Positions 14,907 to 24,585 of a stretch of DNA of 64,000 nt are shown here, in pieces. The position numbers were made by a program, and so were the translations under genes. Every line of letters starts with the position of its first letter. Within the stretch, counting starts at the first letter, position 1. The DNA comes from a virus, in IMG/VR virus record IMGVR_UViG_3300032285_002884; one strand, given 5' to 3'. Below the pieces are notes generated by a model, which was given only the letters and a program-made list of their open reading frames with translations, ran no database searches and was not told the origin of the DNA.

Positions 14907-17900
14907 TTATGCCGCGAAGGCCCTCGAGTCGAACATCTTAGCGATGACTTGGTCAGATGGCCTGACTGATGGGACCTCTTTGTTGTCCATGAGGTTGGTA
15001 CCGCCGCTGCTTCCGCCGCCTGAAGATGCGCTCGGCGAGGCAGTCCCTGAGCTCGACGCGGAAGGAGTCTTGATGTCGGGTGCTGATGTCTCTTGTGACT
15101 TGCTCATGAGAGTAGATCCAGTAGTCGGTTGAGCCATGGCCATCGTAGCCCCGCCCTGACCGCTCTTGTCTGCGAGCTTGTCTCCGGTCTTTGCAGAGTC
15201 ACCTCCACCGGTCGCAGTCACCGCACTCCCTGTCGCCTCGCCCGCTTCGATCTGACCATTTCTTGGTATGTTGACCGAGCCGTACTCTTCTTTTGCTATC
15301 GAGAAGTGCATCGGGTCTGGAGTCTTCTTGAAGTTCATTCCCCAACCTAGGCCATACTTAGCAGCGATGGCTCCGATGTTTGAAGGAAGATCGGTCTTTC
15401 TTGAGTTGTTAGGGTTGGTGTCGTCGTTGATGTCGATCGCCGCTCCTGAGGCGTGATAGCTCTTTACCTTTGGATTGTTTACGTTTGCCCTGTCTGCGTA
15501 CCCGCCGAGTCTCCTGATGTTGTAGCCCGTAGCTTCCAACTCGTCGATGAATCCTTGGAAGTTCTTAGCATAGGCCCCAGCGACCTCGACTGACTTTCCA
15601 CTCTTAGTCTTGATCCTAGTCAGGTTAGGCTTTGTAGGAGTCTTTTTTCCTCCAGGAGTAGTAGGACCGCCGGGAGCTGCAGGCGTCGCACCTGCTGGAG
15701 CAGAGCCGCTAGGAGTCGAGGTAGACGGTGCAGATCCAGGTGTAGCCGGTGAGGGGCCGGTCGCGGGAGATGTACTCACCGAGGGAGCAGTTCCTCCTTG
15801 ACGATCACGATCTTGCTTTGCATCGTATGGCGCTACGTCTCCAGGAGTAACTGATCCACCACCGCTAGCTGAAGGACCAGCGGCTGTTCCAGGAGTAGCT
15901 GCCGTCGCCGCTGTCTGTTCAAACGTTATCTTCTCTGCTGAGAACTTAATCTCTTTAGACGTAAACGATAGTGTATCCGCGTTTATGAGTTTGTCGCTTA
16001 CTCCAGCGACTCCCGATGCACTCTGAAGTCGATTGAGATCGCCTGAAGACTCAGTAGTATCCGTATCTTCCGGATTGTCGTATGACTCTTCGGCCATAGC
16101 ATCGGTCGGAAGAGTTGGTCTCACTCCATTTACTGCAGTCTCTTTAGATAGAGATGAAGCCGAAGACTGCTGGTCTCGATCTTCTCTTCCACCACCTCTG
16201 TTCTTCTTTGGATCCTGTACGTTAGAAGGTACGTTTAGAGTCTTTTCTATTACCTTATTGTATAGAGCTGTGATGGCTCCAGGATTAAACGAGTACTCAC
16301 CGATCTTGAGAGACGAGTCTTTGTTAGCCCCTCCCCCGAGTTTCTGAAGTTCGTCTATGGTGTAGCCCGCATTGATGAGGGCCTCGACCATCTGTATGGA
16401 GTCTTCTAGCTCAGTACCAAAAGAAGCTGCGCTTCTATCCATGCCATAGTTGTCTTTGCCGAGCTTGTCCTTGCCGGTAGCGCCCCTGATTCTAGCCTTG
16501 TTGTAGATATCAGTCTTCTTAGATCTAGCCTCGTACTCTGCAGCTTGAAGTTCTTTGTACTTCTTTTGAGTCTCAGGGTCGCTGTATGTCTTGATCTTAG
16601 CATAAGAGTAGTCGTCTTCTTGCTCGGTGAATTTAGACCCGCTCTTTGTCTGCTCTTCTTCGAATGCCTTTAGGCTATCTTCAGCCGAAGACTGGTCTTT
16701 AGTACTCTGCTGATACTCGGATCTAAGATCAGACAGACCAGTTGTCTTATTGGTCTGCTGGTCTCTGTCTTCTCTTCCTTTTTTCTGAGCGATAGCTGGA
16801 GTCTGTCCTGGAGGAGCGGCTGGACTCTTGCTCTCAGGCTTTGAGCCGCTGATGTAGCTCATGACGTATTCTTTAACTTGACTGTATACCTCAGACATCC
16901 TCTCACCTGACTGAGGGTCGTCTTCAGGGAATACGCCGTACACGGCTTGGTATACGTCTCTTGCTAAAAGACCGATGTCGATTCCAATAGACGCCGCAGT
17001 TCCAGCTCCTGGCAAAGTACTGGCCGCGCCGCCGGCTACCTCTGCAGTCGCGCCTTTCCAGTCACCATCGGCGAACAGCCTCCACGCGCCGAAAGCTACT
17101 CCCGCTGCTAGACCTACTAGAGGTATCTTTGAAGCTACAGACTTTGCAATCTTTGGACTTATTACTTTCGCGATCGCTTCCTTGATCGCTACTTTTCCAC
17201 CCTTCTTAGCCGCAGCCTCGACGCTTTCTTTTGCGGCGAGTGCACCCTCTTTTACTTCAGGCTTAGCTCCAGAGCCGAGGCCTCTCGCGTCTGCGGCTAC
17301 TGCGGCGGCGTTCTTTCCGACTGTAGTCTCAGCCTTGACTACACCCTCAGCCCCGATCTTGGCAGCTGAAGCTGCGGCTTTTCTCTCTCCGCTCTTAGCG
17401 AGTCTGTTGGCTATCGACTTAGCTCCGCCGACGGCCGTTGCTCCTCCAACGTATAGGCCAAGACCTTCGAGAAGATTCTTTAGTAGACCTCCGCCTTCAC
17501 CGCCTCCTCCGCCGCCACCTGCTTCACTACCTCGCGGACCTCCCCTACCTCCCTTGAGACTGGAGTTGGCTTCATTTCTAGCTAGGTTCTCGATACCGTA
17601 CTTGATGTCGCCGAGTACGTCGATCGCTTCTCCGAGCTTTGTTACCTGCTGACGCGATACCTGTAAGTTCTGTCTAGACACTCTGTTGGTGTCTAGTAAG
17701 ATCTCTCTTATCCCGGCGTTTACGGGAGGGTTTCCTACGCCGCTGGTAGTAGTCCCGGAGCCGCCGACCGGTGCAGACCTTACTCTCTGTGAACCTTCGC
17801 CACCGCCTTCATTGGACATACTCTTATAGATGCCCTGAGCTTTCGAGACGTTGTCTCCGCCAAAGATGTACTTAGCAGCCTCTAGCGCAGCAAACTCGCC

Positions 17901-17948
17901 TGCCACTCTGCCTCCAGCCTTAAAGAGTCCGCCTGGTAATTTTGCCAT
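14907..17948 (-). CDS. gp29-like baseplate hub / tape-measure protein with M15 peptidase domain
   Basis: Ala/Gly-rich helical region with KIPLVGLAAG...GDW; SYHASGAAIDIN and DPMHFS M15 motifs; position after gp26/51. Confidence 0.75.
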   Translation of the reverse strand: MAKLPGGLFKAGGRVAGEFAALEAAKYIFGGDNVSKAQGIYKSMSNEGGGEGSQRVRSAPVGGSGTTTSGVGNPPVNAGIREILLDTNRVSRQNLQVSRQQVTKLGEAIDVLGDIKYGIENLARNEANSSLKGGRGGPRGSEAGGGGGGGEGGGLLKNLLEGLGLYVGGATAVGGAKSIANRLAKSGERKAAASAAKIGAEGVVKAETTVGKNAAAVAADARGLGSGAKPEVKEGALAAKESVEAAAKKGGKVAIKEAIAKVISPKIAKSVASKIPLVGLAAGVAFGAWRLFADGDWKGATAEVAGGAASTLPGAGTAASIGIDIGLLARDVYQAVYGVFPEDDPQSGERMSEVYSQVKEYVMSYISGSKPESKSPAAPPGQTPAIAQKKGREDRDQQTNKTTGLSDLRSEYQQSTKDQSSAEDSLKAFEEEQTKSGSKFTEQEDDYSYAKIKTYSDPETQKKYKELQAAEYEARSKKTDIYNKARIRGATGKDKLGKDNYGMDRSAASFGTELEDSIQMVEALINAGYTIDELQKLGGGANKDSSLKIGEYSFNPGAITALYNKVIEKTLNVPSNVQDPKKNRGGGREDRDQQSSASSLSKETAVNGVRPTLPTDAMAEESYDNPEDTDTTESSGDLNRLQSASGVAGVSDKLINADTLSFTSKEIKFSAEKITFEQTAATAATPGTAAGPSASGGGSVTPGDVAPYDAKQDRDRQGGTAPSVSTSPATGPSPATPGSAPSTSTPSGSAPAGATPAAPGGPTTPGGKKTPTKPNLTRIKTKSGKSVEVAGAYAKNFQGFIDELEATGYNIRRLGGYADRANVNNPKVKSYHASGAAIDINDDTNPNNSRKTDLPSNIGAIAAKYGLGWGMNFKKTPDPMHFSIAKEEYGSVNIPRNGQIEAGEATGSAVTATGGGDSAKTGDKLADKSGQGGATMAMAQPTTGSTLMSKSQETSAPDIKTPSASSSGTASPSASSGGGSSGGTNLMDNKEVPSVRPSDQVIAKMFDSRAFAA

Positions 17949-17950
17949 CT

Positions 17951-18424
17951 TTAGTTATTCCCTAACGCTGCTATCTTTTCCTGTCCGCGGGTCCAAGCAG
18001 AGATGCCTAGGATGCCGCCGAAGGCGAGGTGGATGAGACCGCCGTTTGAGAGTGTAAGTGGGACCCATGGCGTATAGCCTATGGAGATTCCGAAACTCTT
18101 CTCTATCACGGGAAGAAACATTGTGAGGGCGGGAAATATTATGAAGTCGAACGCACATATGGCCATGTACAAGAAAGCCATCGATGGGCGCCAGTAAGAC
18201 TTCATCCAAGGTTCTTCTTGGGTCTTCAGCTGAGTGTCGACGATCTTACTCTCGACCGCGACCTGCGACAGACCGACCGACGCTTGGGCCTTGGCGGTCG
18301 TAGCCATGCTCTCAGCTAATATGTTTGGATTAGCAGCTACGACAACCGGTGTGACTACCTGCTGAGAAGCTGTAGACAGAATCTTTGCAGGAGTATCATC
18401 CCAGTTGTCGTTGAACTTAGCCAT
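17951..18424 (-). CDS. Membrane protein, 3TM holin-like
   Basis: WRPSMAFLYMAICAFDFIIFP...GILGISAWTRGQEK. Confidence 0.7.
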   Translation of the reverse strand: MAKFNDNWDDTPAKILSTASQQVVTPVVVAANPNILAESMATTAKAQASVGLSQVAVESKIVDTQLKTQEEPWMKSYWRPSMAFLYMAICAFDFIIFPALTMFLPVIEKSFGISIGYTPWVPLTLSNGGLIHLAFGGILGISAWTRGQEKIAALGNN

Positions 18425-18611
18425 TTGCCAGTAGTCTCTGCTTTTCTTCTAGTTCTTTCAAGTGTTGTATCAGCATCTCCACGTAGATGTCTCGCTCGAA
18501 GACGATCAAATTCTCAACTTCACTGATAGGATATTTATGGTACTGAGTCAGAGAGAATACAGTCTTATAGTAGTTCTCTAGGGTGTTGTGACTCAGACAA
18601 ACGTAAAAAAA
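18417..18611 (-). CDS. gp51: gp51-like baseplate hub assembly segment, no own start codon (likely -1 frameshift extension of gp26)
   Basis: Hand translation LSHNTLENYYKTVFSLTQYHKYPISEVENLIVFERDIYVEML; frame opens at a T7 run. Confidence 0.85.
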   Translation of the reverse strand, partial: FFYVCLSHNTLENYYKTVFSLTQYHKYPISEVENLIVFERDIYVEMLIQHLKELEEKQRLLANG

Positions 18612-19306
18612 TCAGTTAACGTTGTCAGGTTGATGGTCTTCTCTGTGCCGAGCTTGTTCTTATATGTGATGACGTGCTTGATGTAAGGCGTGGTCGATAA
18701 GAACTCCTTAATCTTCTCGAACGTCTTGATGTCTAGAGACTGGACAAACTCGACGAGCTCTTCCTTGGTCGACAGGGCAGCGTCGGTAGCCTCGTCGCCG
18801 TCGTATACCTTGTCAATGCAGCCGGCTACTAGGTCTTCAAAGTTAGCGGCCTCGTTGCCGAATACTTTCTCGTCATCGTAGACTCGACCGGTCGGATAGT
18901 TCAGGGTGAAGCCGATCTGATCGTTTACCTTGATGACGTTGGAAGGGGCGTCCTCGGGAAACTCTACCTGAATAGTATCGAGTGGGATGTCGAAGTCGTA
19001 GACCTCATTGTCGTCTAGATCCCTATATGAGACCTTAGATACGTTGTTGATCGATGCGGCCCTGATCTTGATGAACAGATACTCGATGTCGAAGATAGGC
19101 GTCTTGTCGATGTTGAAGTCCTTGGTGATCACGCAGTTGTTGACCACTTGCTTGATAGCCTTAAAGATGTCAGCCTGTGACTCGGCCTGCTTGGCCATGA
19201 GAAGGATCTTCTCATCTTTTACCAGCATCTGTCTGAACTCGATCTTCCTCTTGGTCGAGGGGACGACGCAGTCCATAATAGGGTATTCAATCTTAGGCAA
19301 TGCCAT
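18593..19306 (-). CDS. gp26: Baseplate hub subunit / assembly chaperone
   Basis: MALPKI, FRQMLVKDEKILL, FDIEYLFIKIRA, C-terminal DFF. Confidence 0.9.
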   Translation of the reverse strand: MALPKIEYPIMDCVVPSTKRKIEFRQMLVKDEKILLMAKQAESQADIFKAIKQVVNNCVITKDFNIDKTPIFDIEYLFIKIRAASINNVSKVSYRDLDDNEVYDFDIPLDTIQVEFPEDAPSNVIKVNDQIGFTLNYPTGRVYDDEKVFGNEAANFEDLVAGCIDKVYDGDEATDAALSTKEELVEFVQSLDIKTFEKIKEFLSTTPYIKHVITYKNKLGTEKTINLTTLTDFFTFV

Positions 19307-19327
19307 TATATCACTCCACGGTTGTTA

Positions 19328-20020
19328 TTAAATTCTACCAGCAGGTCCATTGTTGTTCGTGACAATGTCTGGGATGTCTTTCGGCTTTGTTGTATAGTTA
19401 CTCTTGTCTATGTATAGCTCGTCTACGTACCAGTTCTTATAAGCGAACGTGACCGGTATTCTCATGATGGTGTTGTTGTCGGCCCAGCTCAGGTTGAGGT
19501 CGTTGACGAAGATCGGATAGCAGTCTATGAGGAACACCTTGTGAGTCAATAGACCTGCTTGGTTGTAGACTTCAATGTTCATGTCGACGGCGTAGTCGTT
19601 CTTGTATCCGAGCTCATAGGGACCCTGCGATGGAAGCAGACCCGTCGCGTCGAATAGGTTTCCCGTTCTATTATCATAGTTCATTATGATCTTCATCCAA
19701 GCTTGGAAGAATCTCAAGATCACTCCCTCTGCGTCGGAGTGTACCGACGTAGTCAAGTCTGCGAACGCTAGACCGTAGGGTCTCTTCTGAACGATACCAT
19801 AGCCGTACCTGAAGACGTCGCTCGTGCTTAGCTGGATTCCAGGAAGGTTAGATGACTCGATAAAGAACTGCAGCCCGCTCGTCAGCTCTGAGAACTCATT
19901 TACTGCGACCGAGTTGTTCATTCCTGCTGGAAGCTTTGGTACATTGACGAGGAACCTGTTATTGGTCAGGTAGCCCTTATCATTGATCTTTGCCCTGAAG
20001 TTATTAAGTGCTATTGCCAT
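19328..20020 (-). CDS. Tail tube-like / tube initiator protein (gp54-like)
   Basis: NLPGIQL, CYPIFV..LSW, VTFAY tube-fold motifs; TAATG-coupled start at 20020. Confidence 0.8.
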   Translation of the reverse strand: MAIALNNFRAKINDKGYLTNNRFLVNVPKLPAGMNNSVAVNEFSELTSGLQFFIESSNLPGIQLSTSDVFRYGYGIVQKRPYGLAFADLTTSVHSDAEGVILRFFQAWMKIIMNYDNRTGNLFDATGLLPSQGPYELGYKNDYAVDMNIEVYNQAGLLTHKVFLIDCYPIFVNDLNLSWADNNTIMRIPVTFAYKNWYVDELYIDKSNYTTKPKDIPDIVTNNNGPAGRI

Positions 20021-20625
20021 TATCGTCCAACCATCTTTGATGACGCTCCATGTGCGGTCGACTTTGGTGAACCGACGAATCTCTCGGTAGGAAGCATGAG
20101 AGCCATGTCCCACTCCTTTGGGCTTATGTACATAAACTTAGACCTTACTTGACTGTTTAGATATCTCTTGACACAGGGCTCGAAGAGCTTGAACCTGCTC
20201 GACCCCTTTAGGATCTTATAAGATGCTATGAGGCGAGTAGTCTCATCACCCTTGTTGTTATTGACGAGGGAGTACAGAGAGTCCATCAGCCTAGCCCTGA
20301 GAAGAGGCGGGAGATAGTGGAGGTTGATCCCGAGAAACCCGTCGCCGTAGATCTCGATCGGAAATATAAGCGGGTACCTGTCCCAGTATGGGAGGGTAGC
20401 CTTACCCTTGGCGTCGTAGAAGAACGAGTACATCCTGCCTATAGACCTAGCGTTGATGCTGGATTCTAGACGAAAAGGCTGGTCTGACTGTAGCCTGTTG
20501 ACGTTGACGCTCGTAACGTTCTGGGCTACGTCTCTGAACCACCCTCTGGCGTCTAAGATGTTCTTTGAGACATCGATGCCGTTCAAGGATGCCTGCTTTG
20601 CCAGTGTCTGAAAGATGTAGGCCAT
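20020..20625 (-). CDS. gp2: DNA end protector protein
   Basis: YDAKGKATLPYWDRYPL, FLGINLHYL, LPTERF. Confidence 0.93.
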   Translation of the reverse strand: MAYIFQTLAKQASLNGIDVSKNILDARGWFRDVAQNVTSVNVNRLQSDQPFRLESSINARSIGRMYSFFYDAKGKATLPYWDRYPLIFPIEIYGDGFLGINLHYLPPLLRARLMDSLYSLVNNNKGDETTRLIASYKILKGSSRFKLFEPCVKRYLNSQVRSKFMYISPKEWDMALMLPTERFVGSPKSTAHGASSKMVGR

Positions 20626-20640
20626 TAGTCGTCCTAGAAG

Positions 20641-21075
20641 TTAAATGTTGAGCTCGCGCTCTGTGAATATCTTAAACTTCCAGCCTCGGTCTTCGCAGTA
20701 GTCTTCCGCGGCCTTCCACTTCGAACTATTTATTCCCCAAGTCATAACCTCGTTTAGGTACTTCTTGGTTACTTTAGACTGCTTCTTTGGCTCTTTAGTC
20801 TGCGCTGCGGGCTTGACCTCGATTATCAGGGTCTCGACTTTTCCATCAGCCCCTCGCCTCTTTACATAGAAGTCTGGGAAGTATCTATGGACTCGACCGT
20901 CGATAGGACTCCTGTAAGGGATGAAGAACTCTTCTGAACCCCACTCAATCACGTCTCTGTGTTGATCAAGCCACATCATTAGCTTGAGCTCCCAGCTTGA
21001 CCTATAAATAATGTTAGATGGATCTCCGCGGTACTTCGACGGATTCCTTGGTTTGAAGTATCCCCTGTAGGCCAT
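20641..21075 (-). CDS. gp4: Head completion nuclease
   Basis: PSKYRGDPSNIIYRSSWE, HRYFPDF, IEVKP. Confidence 0.94.
   Translation of the reverse strand: MAYRGYFKPRNPSKYRGDPSNIIYRSSWELKLMMWLDQHRDVIEWGSEEFFIPYRSPIDGRVHRYFPDFYVKRRGADGKVETLIIEVKPAAQTKEPKKQSKVTKKYLNEVMTWGINSSKWKAAEDYCEDRGWKFKIFTERELNI
21003..21010 (+). promoter_or_regulatory. Late promoter for gp48 operon (inside gp4)
   Basis: TATAAATA about 90 nt before gp48. Confidence 0.65.
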
Positions 21076-21098
21076 AACCCTATTTATCCGAGAGACGC

Positions 21099-22100
21099 AT
21101 GCCCGATCAAGAAAAGCTGAATCAAGCAGCAAACAACATCGCTAGTCCAGTAGACCCTGTGATCGCAGCTAGACAGAATGCGCGTAATCAAGGACCTAAC
21201 TACACCTCGGCTCGCTCGGTTCTCTCATCAAAGAATCCAGATATCATTATCAACGGAAACAAGAACCCAACTTCGTCAGTCCTTAGATATCCGACTGACC
21301 TCGGTAAGTACTACATCACGTTTACGTTCAGTAAGTATCAGAGACCGAGTCAGTTTGCCCCTCTCAAGTTCTTACCAGCTGGCGCTACCCTCGCTCTTCC
21401 GGTTCCCGCAAATCTAGTCGACAGCTACAACCTCACTTACTCGACACAGGCTAGCGGACCTGCAGCCGATGCTGCTACCGCTGCTGCTAGAGGTACAATT
21501 TCACAAGATCAAGCTTCACAGACAGCTGGCGGAACAGATGTACTCTCACTCGCTTCTGATGTCTTTGGCGCAAAACTTGCAGGACTGCTTGGTGGTACGG
21601 GTGGACAAGCCGCTCTTCAATATCAAGGACTTGCATCTAACCCGTTCCTCACCGTCCTCTTCCAGCAAGTCGAGTTTAAGACCCACTCGTTCAAGTGGAA
21701 GTTCATGCCTGAGACTTTTCAAGAATCAATTGCCCTTAAAGAGATCATTGACCAGTTTAGAAAGTCAAGTCTCCCAGGATTCACAGGATCTCTATTCACC
21801 GTTCCTGACATCGTCATCCCTAAGCTCTATCCAAACGACGCGTATCTATATGAGTTCAAGCCATGTGTAGTAAAGAGCATCTCTTTCAACTATGCGCCAA
21901 ACACCCCGTCATTCTTTGCTTCATCGAACGCTCCTACTGGAATTGAGTTCTCGGTCGAGCTTCAAGAGATTGAGATCTGGACTCAAGACAACATCACAAG
22001 CTCAACTGCTGTCAATGCGACCAATGCGGCGTATAATAAAAAGTCACCTGCACCTGCTTTTGAAGAGATTCCACCTACTTACACTACTCAGGGATCGTAA
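21099..22100 (+). CDS. gp48: Baseplate tail tube cap
   Basis: LRYPTDL, NPFLTVLF..FKTHSFKWKFMP, FKPCVV; divergent from gp4. Confidence 0.85.
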   Translation: MPDQEKLNQAANNIASPVDPVIAARQNARNQGPNYTSARSVLSSKNPDIIINGNKNPTSSVLRYPTDLGKYYITFTFSKYQRPSQFAPLKFLPAGATLALPVPANLVDSYNLTYSTQASGPAADAATAAARGTISQDQASQTAGGTDVLSLASDVFGAKLAGLLGGTGGQAALQYQGLASNPFLTVLFQQVEFKTHSFKWKFMPETFQESIALKEIIDQFRKSSLPGFTGSLFTVPDIVIPKLYPNDAYLYEFKPCVVKSISFNYAPNTPSFFASSNAPTGIEFSVELQEIEIWTQDNITSSTAVNATNAAYNKKSPAPAFEEIPPTYTTQGS

Positions 22101-22997
22101 ATGACCGAGAGATACTTCGAGAAGTTTCAGACTATTAACTACAACGGTTTCAGGGCTCTCAACCTCCTGAGTCGAGTTGTCGTCTCTAGGAACACGACGA
22201 ACAACCCGTACAACTACTACGACTACGAGGTGCAAAACGGTCAGCGCGCCGACTACATCGCGTACAAGTACTACGACGATACGTTTGCTAGCTGGATCAT
22301 CTATCTAGGAAACAACATTATCGACCCATACTATGGGTGGAAGCTTGACTGGGACTCGTTTAATAAGTTCATTGTCGACGCGTATGGAAGCATAAGCGCG
22401 GCTACCAGCAAGATAGCTTTCTATAGAGTGAACTGGTACACTGACGAGTCAGTCATCTCGACAGCAGCGTTCAATAACCTAGCTTGTTCCAGCAACGCCA
22501 ACACCGCGCTAAACGTCGATCTCAAGAAGTACTGGATGCCGATATTTGACGGCAACGGTATCACACAGTACTACGTACGAAAGCCGATAGACTGGACCGT
22601 CGAGACGAACTCTATAGTAAACATGAAGACTGCCAACAGCACAGTCTTTACCTATGGCGAGGTCGTTAAGTTCTATTCGGACCAGAGACTCGGAAACCTA
22701 ATAGGTTCTTCTGAGGTCACTCACTCGAACACTTCATTTACGGTCCTTAAGAACAACCAAGGGTTCGCTAACTCGACGACGTACGCCGTCGGCACTACTT
22801 CAAACTTAGTCGACACCGTGACCACATACACCTACGTAGCTAACTCGATCCCAAACAACGGTGAGCAGGTCTACTGGTCTCCGGTCTCATGCTACGACTA
22901 TGAACTCGAGAAGAACTCTAATCTAACGAACATCAAGATCATCAATTCAGGTCTCTACAACCAAGCCGTAAACATGCTGAAGACGGAGCTGGCATAA
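22101..22997 (+). CDS. gp53: Baseplate wedge subunit
   Basis: YF.KF..I.Y, RADYIAYKYY, WIIYLGNNIIDPY..W. Confidence 0.88.
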   Translation: MTERYFEKFQTINYNGFRALNLLSRVVVSRNTTNNPYNYYDYEVQNGQRADYIAYKYYDDTFASWIIYLGNNIIDPYYGWKLDWDSFNKFIVDAYGSISAATSKIAFYRVNWYTDESVISTAAFNNLACSSNANTALNVDLKKYWMPIFDGNGITQYYVRKPIDWTVETNSIVNMKTANSTVFTYGEVVKFYSDQRLGNLIGSSEVTHSNTSFTVLKNNQGFANSTTYAVGTTSNLVDTVTTYTYVANSIPNNGEQVYWSPVSCYDYELEKNSNLTNIKIINSGLYNQAVNMLKTELA

Positions 22998-22998
22998 T

Positions 22999-24228
22999 AT
23001 GGCAGCAGTCAATCCGGGCGAAGTAGAGATCAAGACGATAAGCCTTCATACTCCAAAGGGTACGCTCAACGCGACGGAGTTGACTCTCAGCTTCGACGTC
23101 TACGAGAGCGTCTTTATGCCCGGAATCATCGCTGAGCTTATTATCAGGGATGACGGGTCACTGGCAAACTACCTTCCACTGGTCGGAGAAGAGAAAGTAA
23201 ACATTGAGTTTGCTACTCCTGGAAGGGGCACGGCTAAGTATGAGCTTATCGTAGTAGAGCTGAAAGACGGTGAGACCGAGAAGAACCTCAGGACAAAGAA
23301 CTACATCCTCAGGTGCACCTCACCGGAAGTCTACGTTCACAAGACGTCCATCATACAGAAGTCATACAACACCAACATCTCTGACATGATCAAGGACATC
23401 TGTACAAAGTATCTCAAGACCAAGAAGAGCGTCGACGTAGAGGACACCAAGGGGATTCAGCCGATCATCGTACCGAGCCTGAAGCCCTACGAGGCGATCG
23501 ACATGCTTAGACGCAGGAGCGTTTCTGACAGTAATAAGTCGTCGACCTACTTGTTCTTTGAGAACCAGAAAGGCTTGAACTTCAAGACAATCGAGAAGAT
23601 GTTCTCGGAAGGCGACGTCGGCGACAGGGTGTTCACCAACGATCACACTCCAAAGACCGACTATACTCAGACTGGATACAGAAACGTCTTGTCTTTCAAC
23701 CAGCCAAAGCAGTATGACAGCGCGTCTAAGCTAGGTGGAGGCGGGCTCAATGTTCAGACTAAGGTCCTCGACTTTAAAGACCTAAGCTACAAGAAGAACG
23801 ACAACAAAAACACTGACAACGCTAAGTTCAAGAGCGCAGACGGTAAGTTTAACCCGACAAACAGCAGTGAGTTCAACGATCAGTTCTCAAAGACTGCGGG
23901 ACTCCACACCATGATGCCGACCGACGGCTCAAAGCCAAAGACCTTTATTCCAGACTCTACAGCTGACCAGAAGTCTTTCGTGTCTCAGCTCGCACAGGGC
24001 GCACTTCACCTACAGGTCATGGGCGACTCCGAGATCACTGCTGGAATACTGATCCAGAGCAACTTGACCGGACCCTCTTCAGCTAATCAGCCAGGGGAAG
24101 ACACGCTGTTAGCCGGTAAGTACCTCGTAGCCTCAGTGAGACACATCATCGGCGTCGAAGGTAAGAAGCCTAGATATACTTGTGCGATCGAAGCGCTCAA
24201 GGGTGGATATAAGGAGAGTCCAGTATGA
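22999..24228 (+). CDS. Baseplate hub (gp27 / late control D-like)
   Basis: YESVF, PLVGEE, YLFFEN, GKYLVASVRH; between gp53 and gp5. Confidence 0.8.
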   Translation: MAAVNPGEVEIKTISLHTPKGTLNATELTLSFDVYESVFMPGIIAELIIRDDGSLANYLPLVGEEKVNIEFATPGRGTAKYELIVVELKDGETEKNLRTKNYILRCTSPEVYVHKTSIIQKSYNTNISDMIKDICTKYLKTKKSVDVEDTKGIQPIIVPSLKPYEAIDMLRRRSVSDSNKSSTYLFFENQKGLNFKTIEKMFSEGDVGDRVFTNDHTPKTDYTQTGYRNVLSFNQPKQYDSASKLGGGGLNVQTKVLDFKDLSYKKNDNKNTDNAKFKSADGKFNPTNSSEFNDQFSKTAGLHTMMPTDGSKPKTFIPDSTADQKSFVSQLAQGALHLQVMGDSEITAGILIQSNLTGPSSANQPGEDTLLAGKYLVASVRHIIGVEGKKPRYTCAIEALKGGYKESPV

Positions 24229-24575
24229 CCGAAAGAGATATGGGAAGTAACTTCCAATGGTTCTTTGGTAAAGTCGTGAATAGAAAAGATGATCCCTCTA
24301 AGTCTGGAAAAGTTCAAGTCAGGATCTACGGTATCCACGACAACGAGTCAGACATCCCGGACACGGACCTTCCTTGGGCATACCCTATGATGCCCATCAC
24401 CAGTGCTAGCTTCGAGCACGTCGGACAGAGCCCGACCGGAGTCACTGAGGGTGCTACTGTTTTTGGGTTCTTTGTTGATCATGAGAAACAGATCCCAGTA
24501 GTGATGGGAACTATTCACAGGTCAGCGCTTCCCGATAAGAACGATGAGTCTACAGGAACTACAGTAAACCCATAA
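24225..24575 (+). CDS. gp5: gp5 N-terminal OB-fold domain as stand-alone ORF
   Basis: FQWFFGKV, DPSKSGKVQVRIYG, DLPWA, VFGFF..QIPVVMG. Confidence 0.88.
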   Translation: MTERDMGSNFQWFFGKVVNRKDDPSKSGKVQVRIYGIHDNESDIPDTDLPWAYPMMPITSASFEHVGQSPTGVTEGATVFGFFVDHEKQIPVVMGTIHRSALPDKNDESTGTTVNP

Positions 24576-24585
24576 GGTAAGTATA

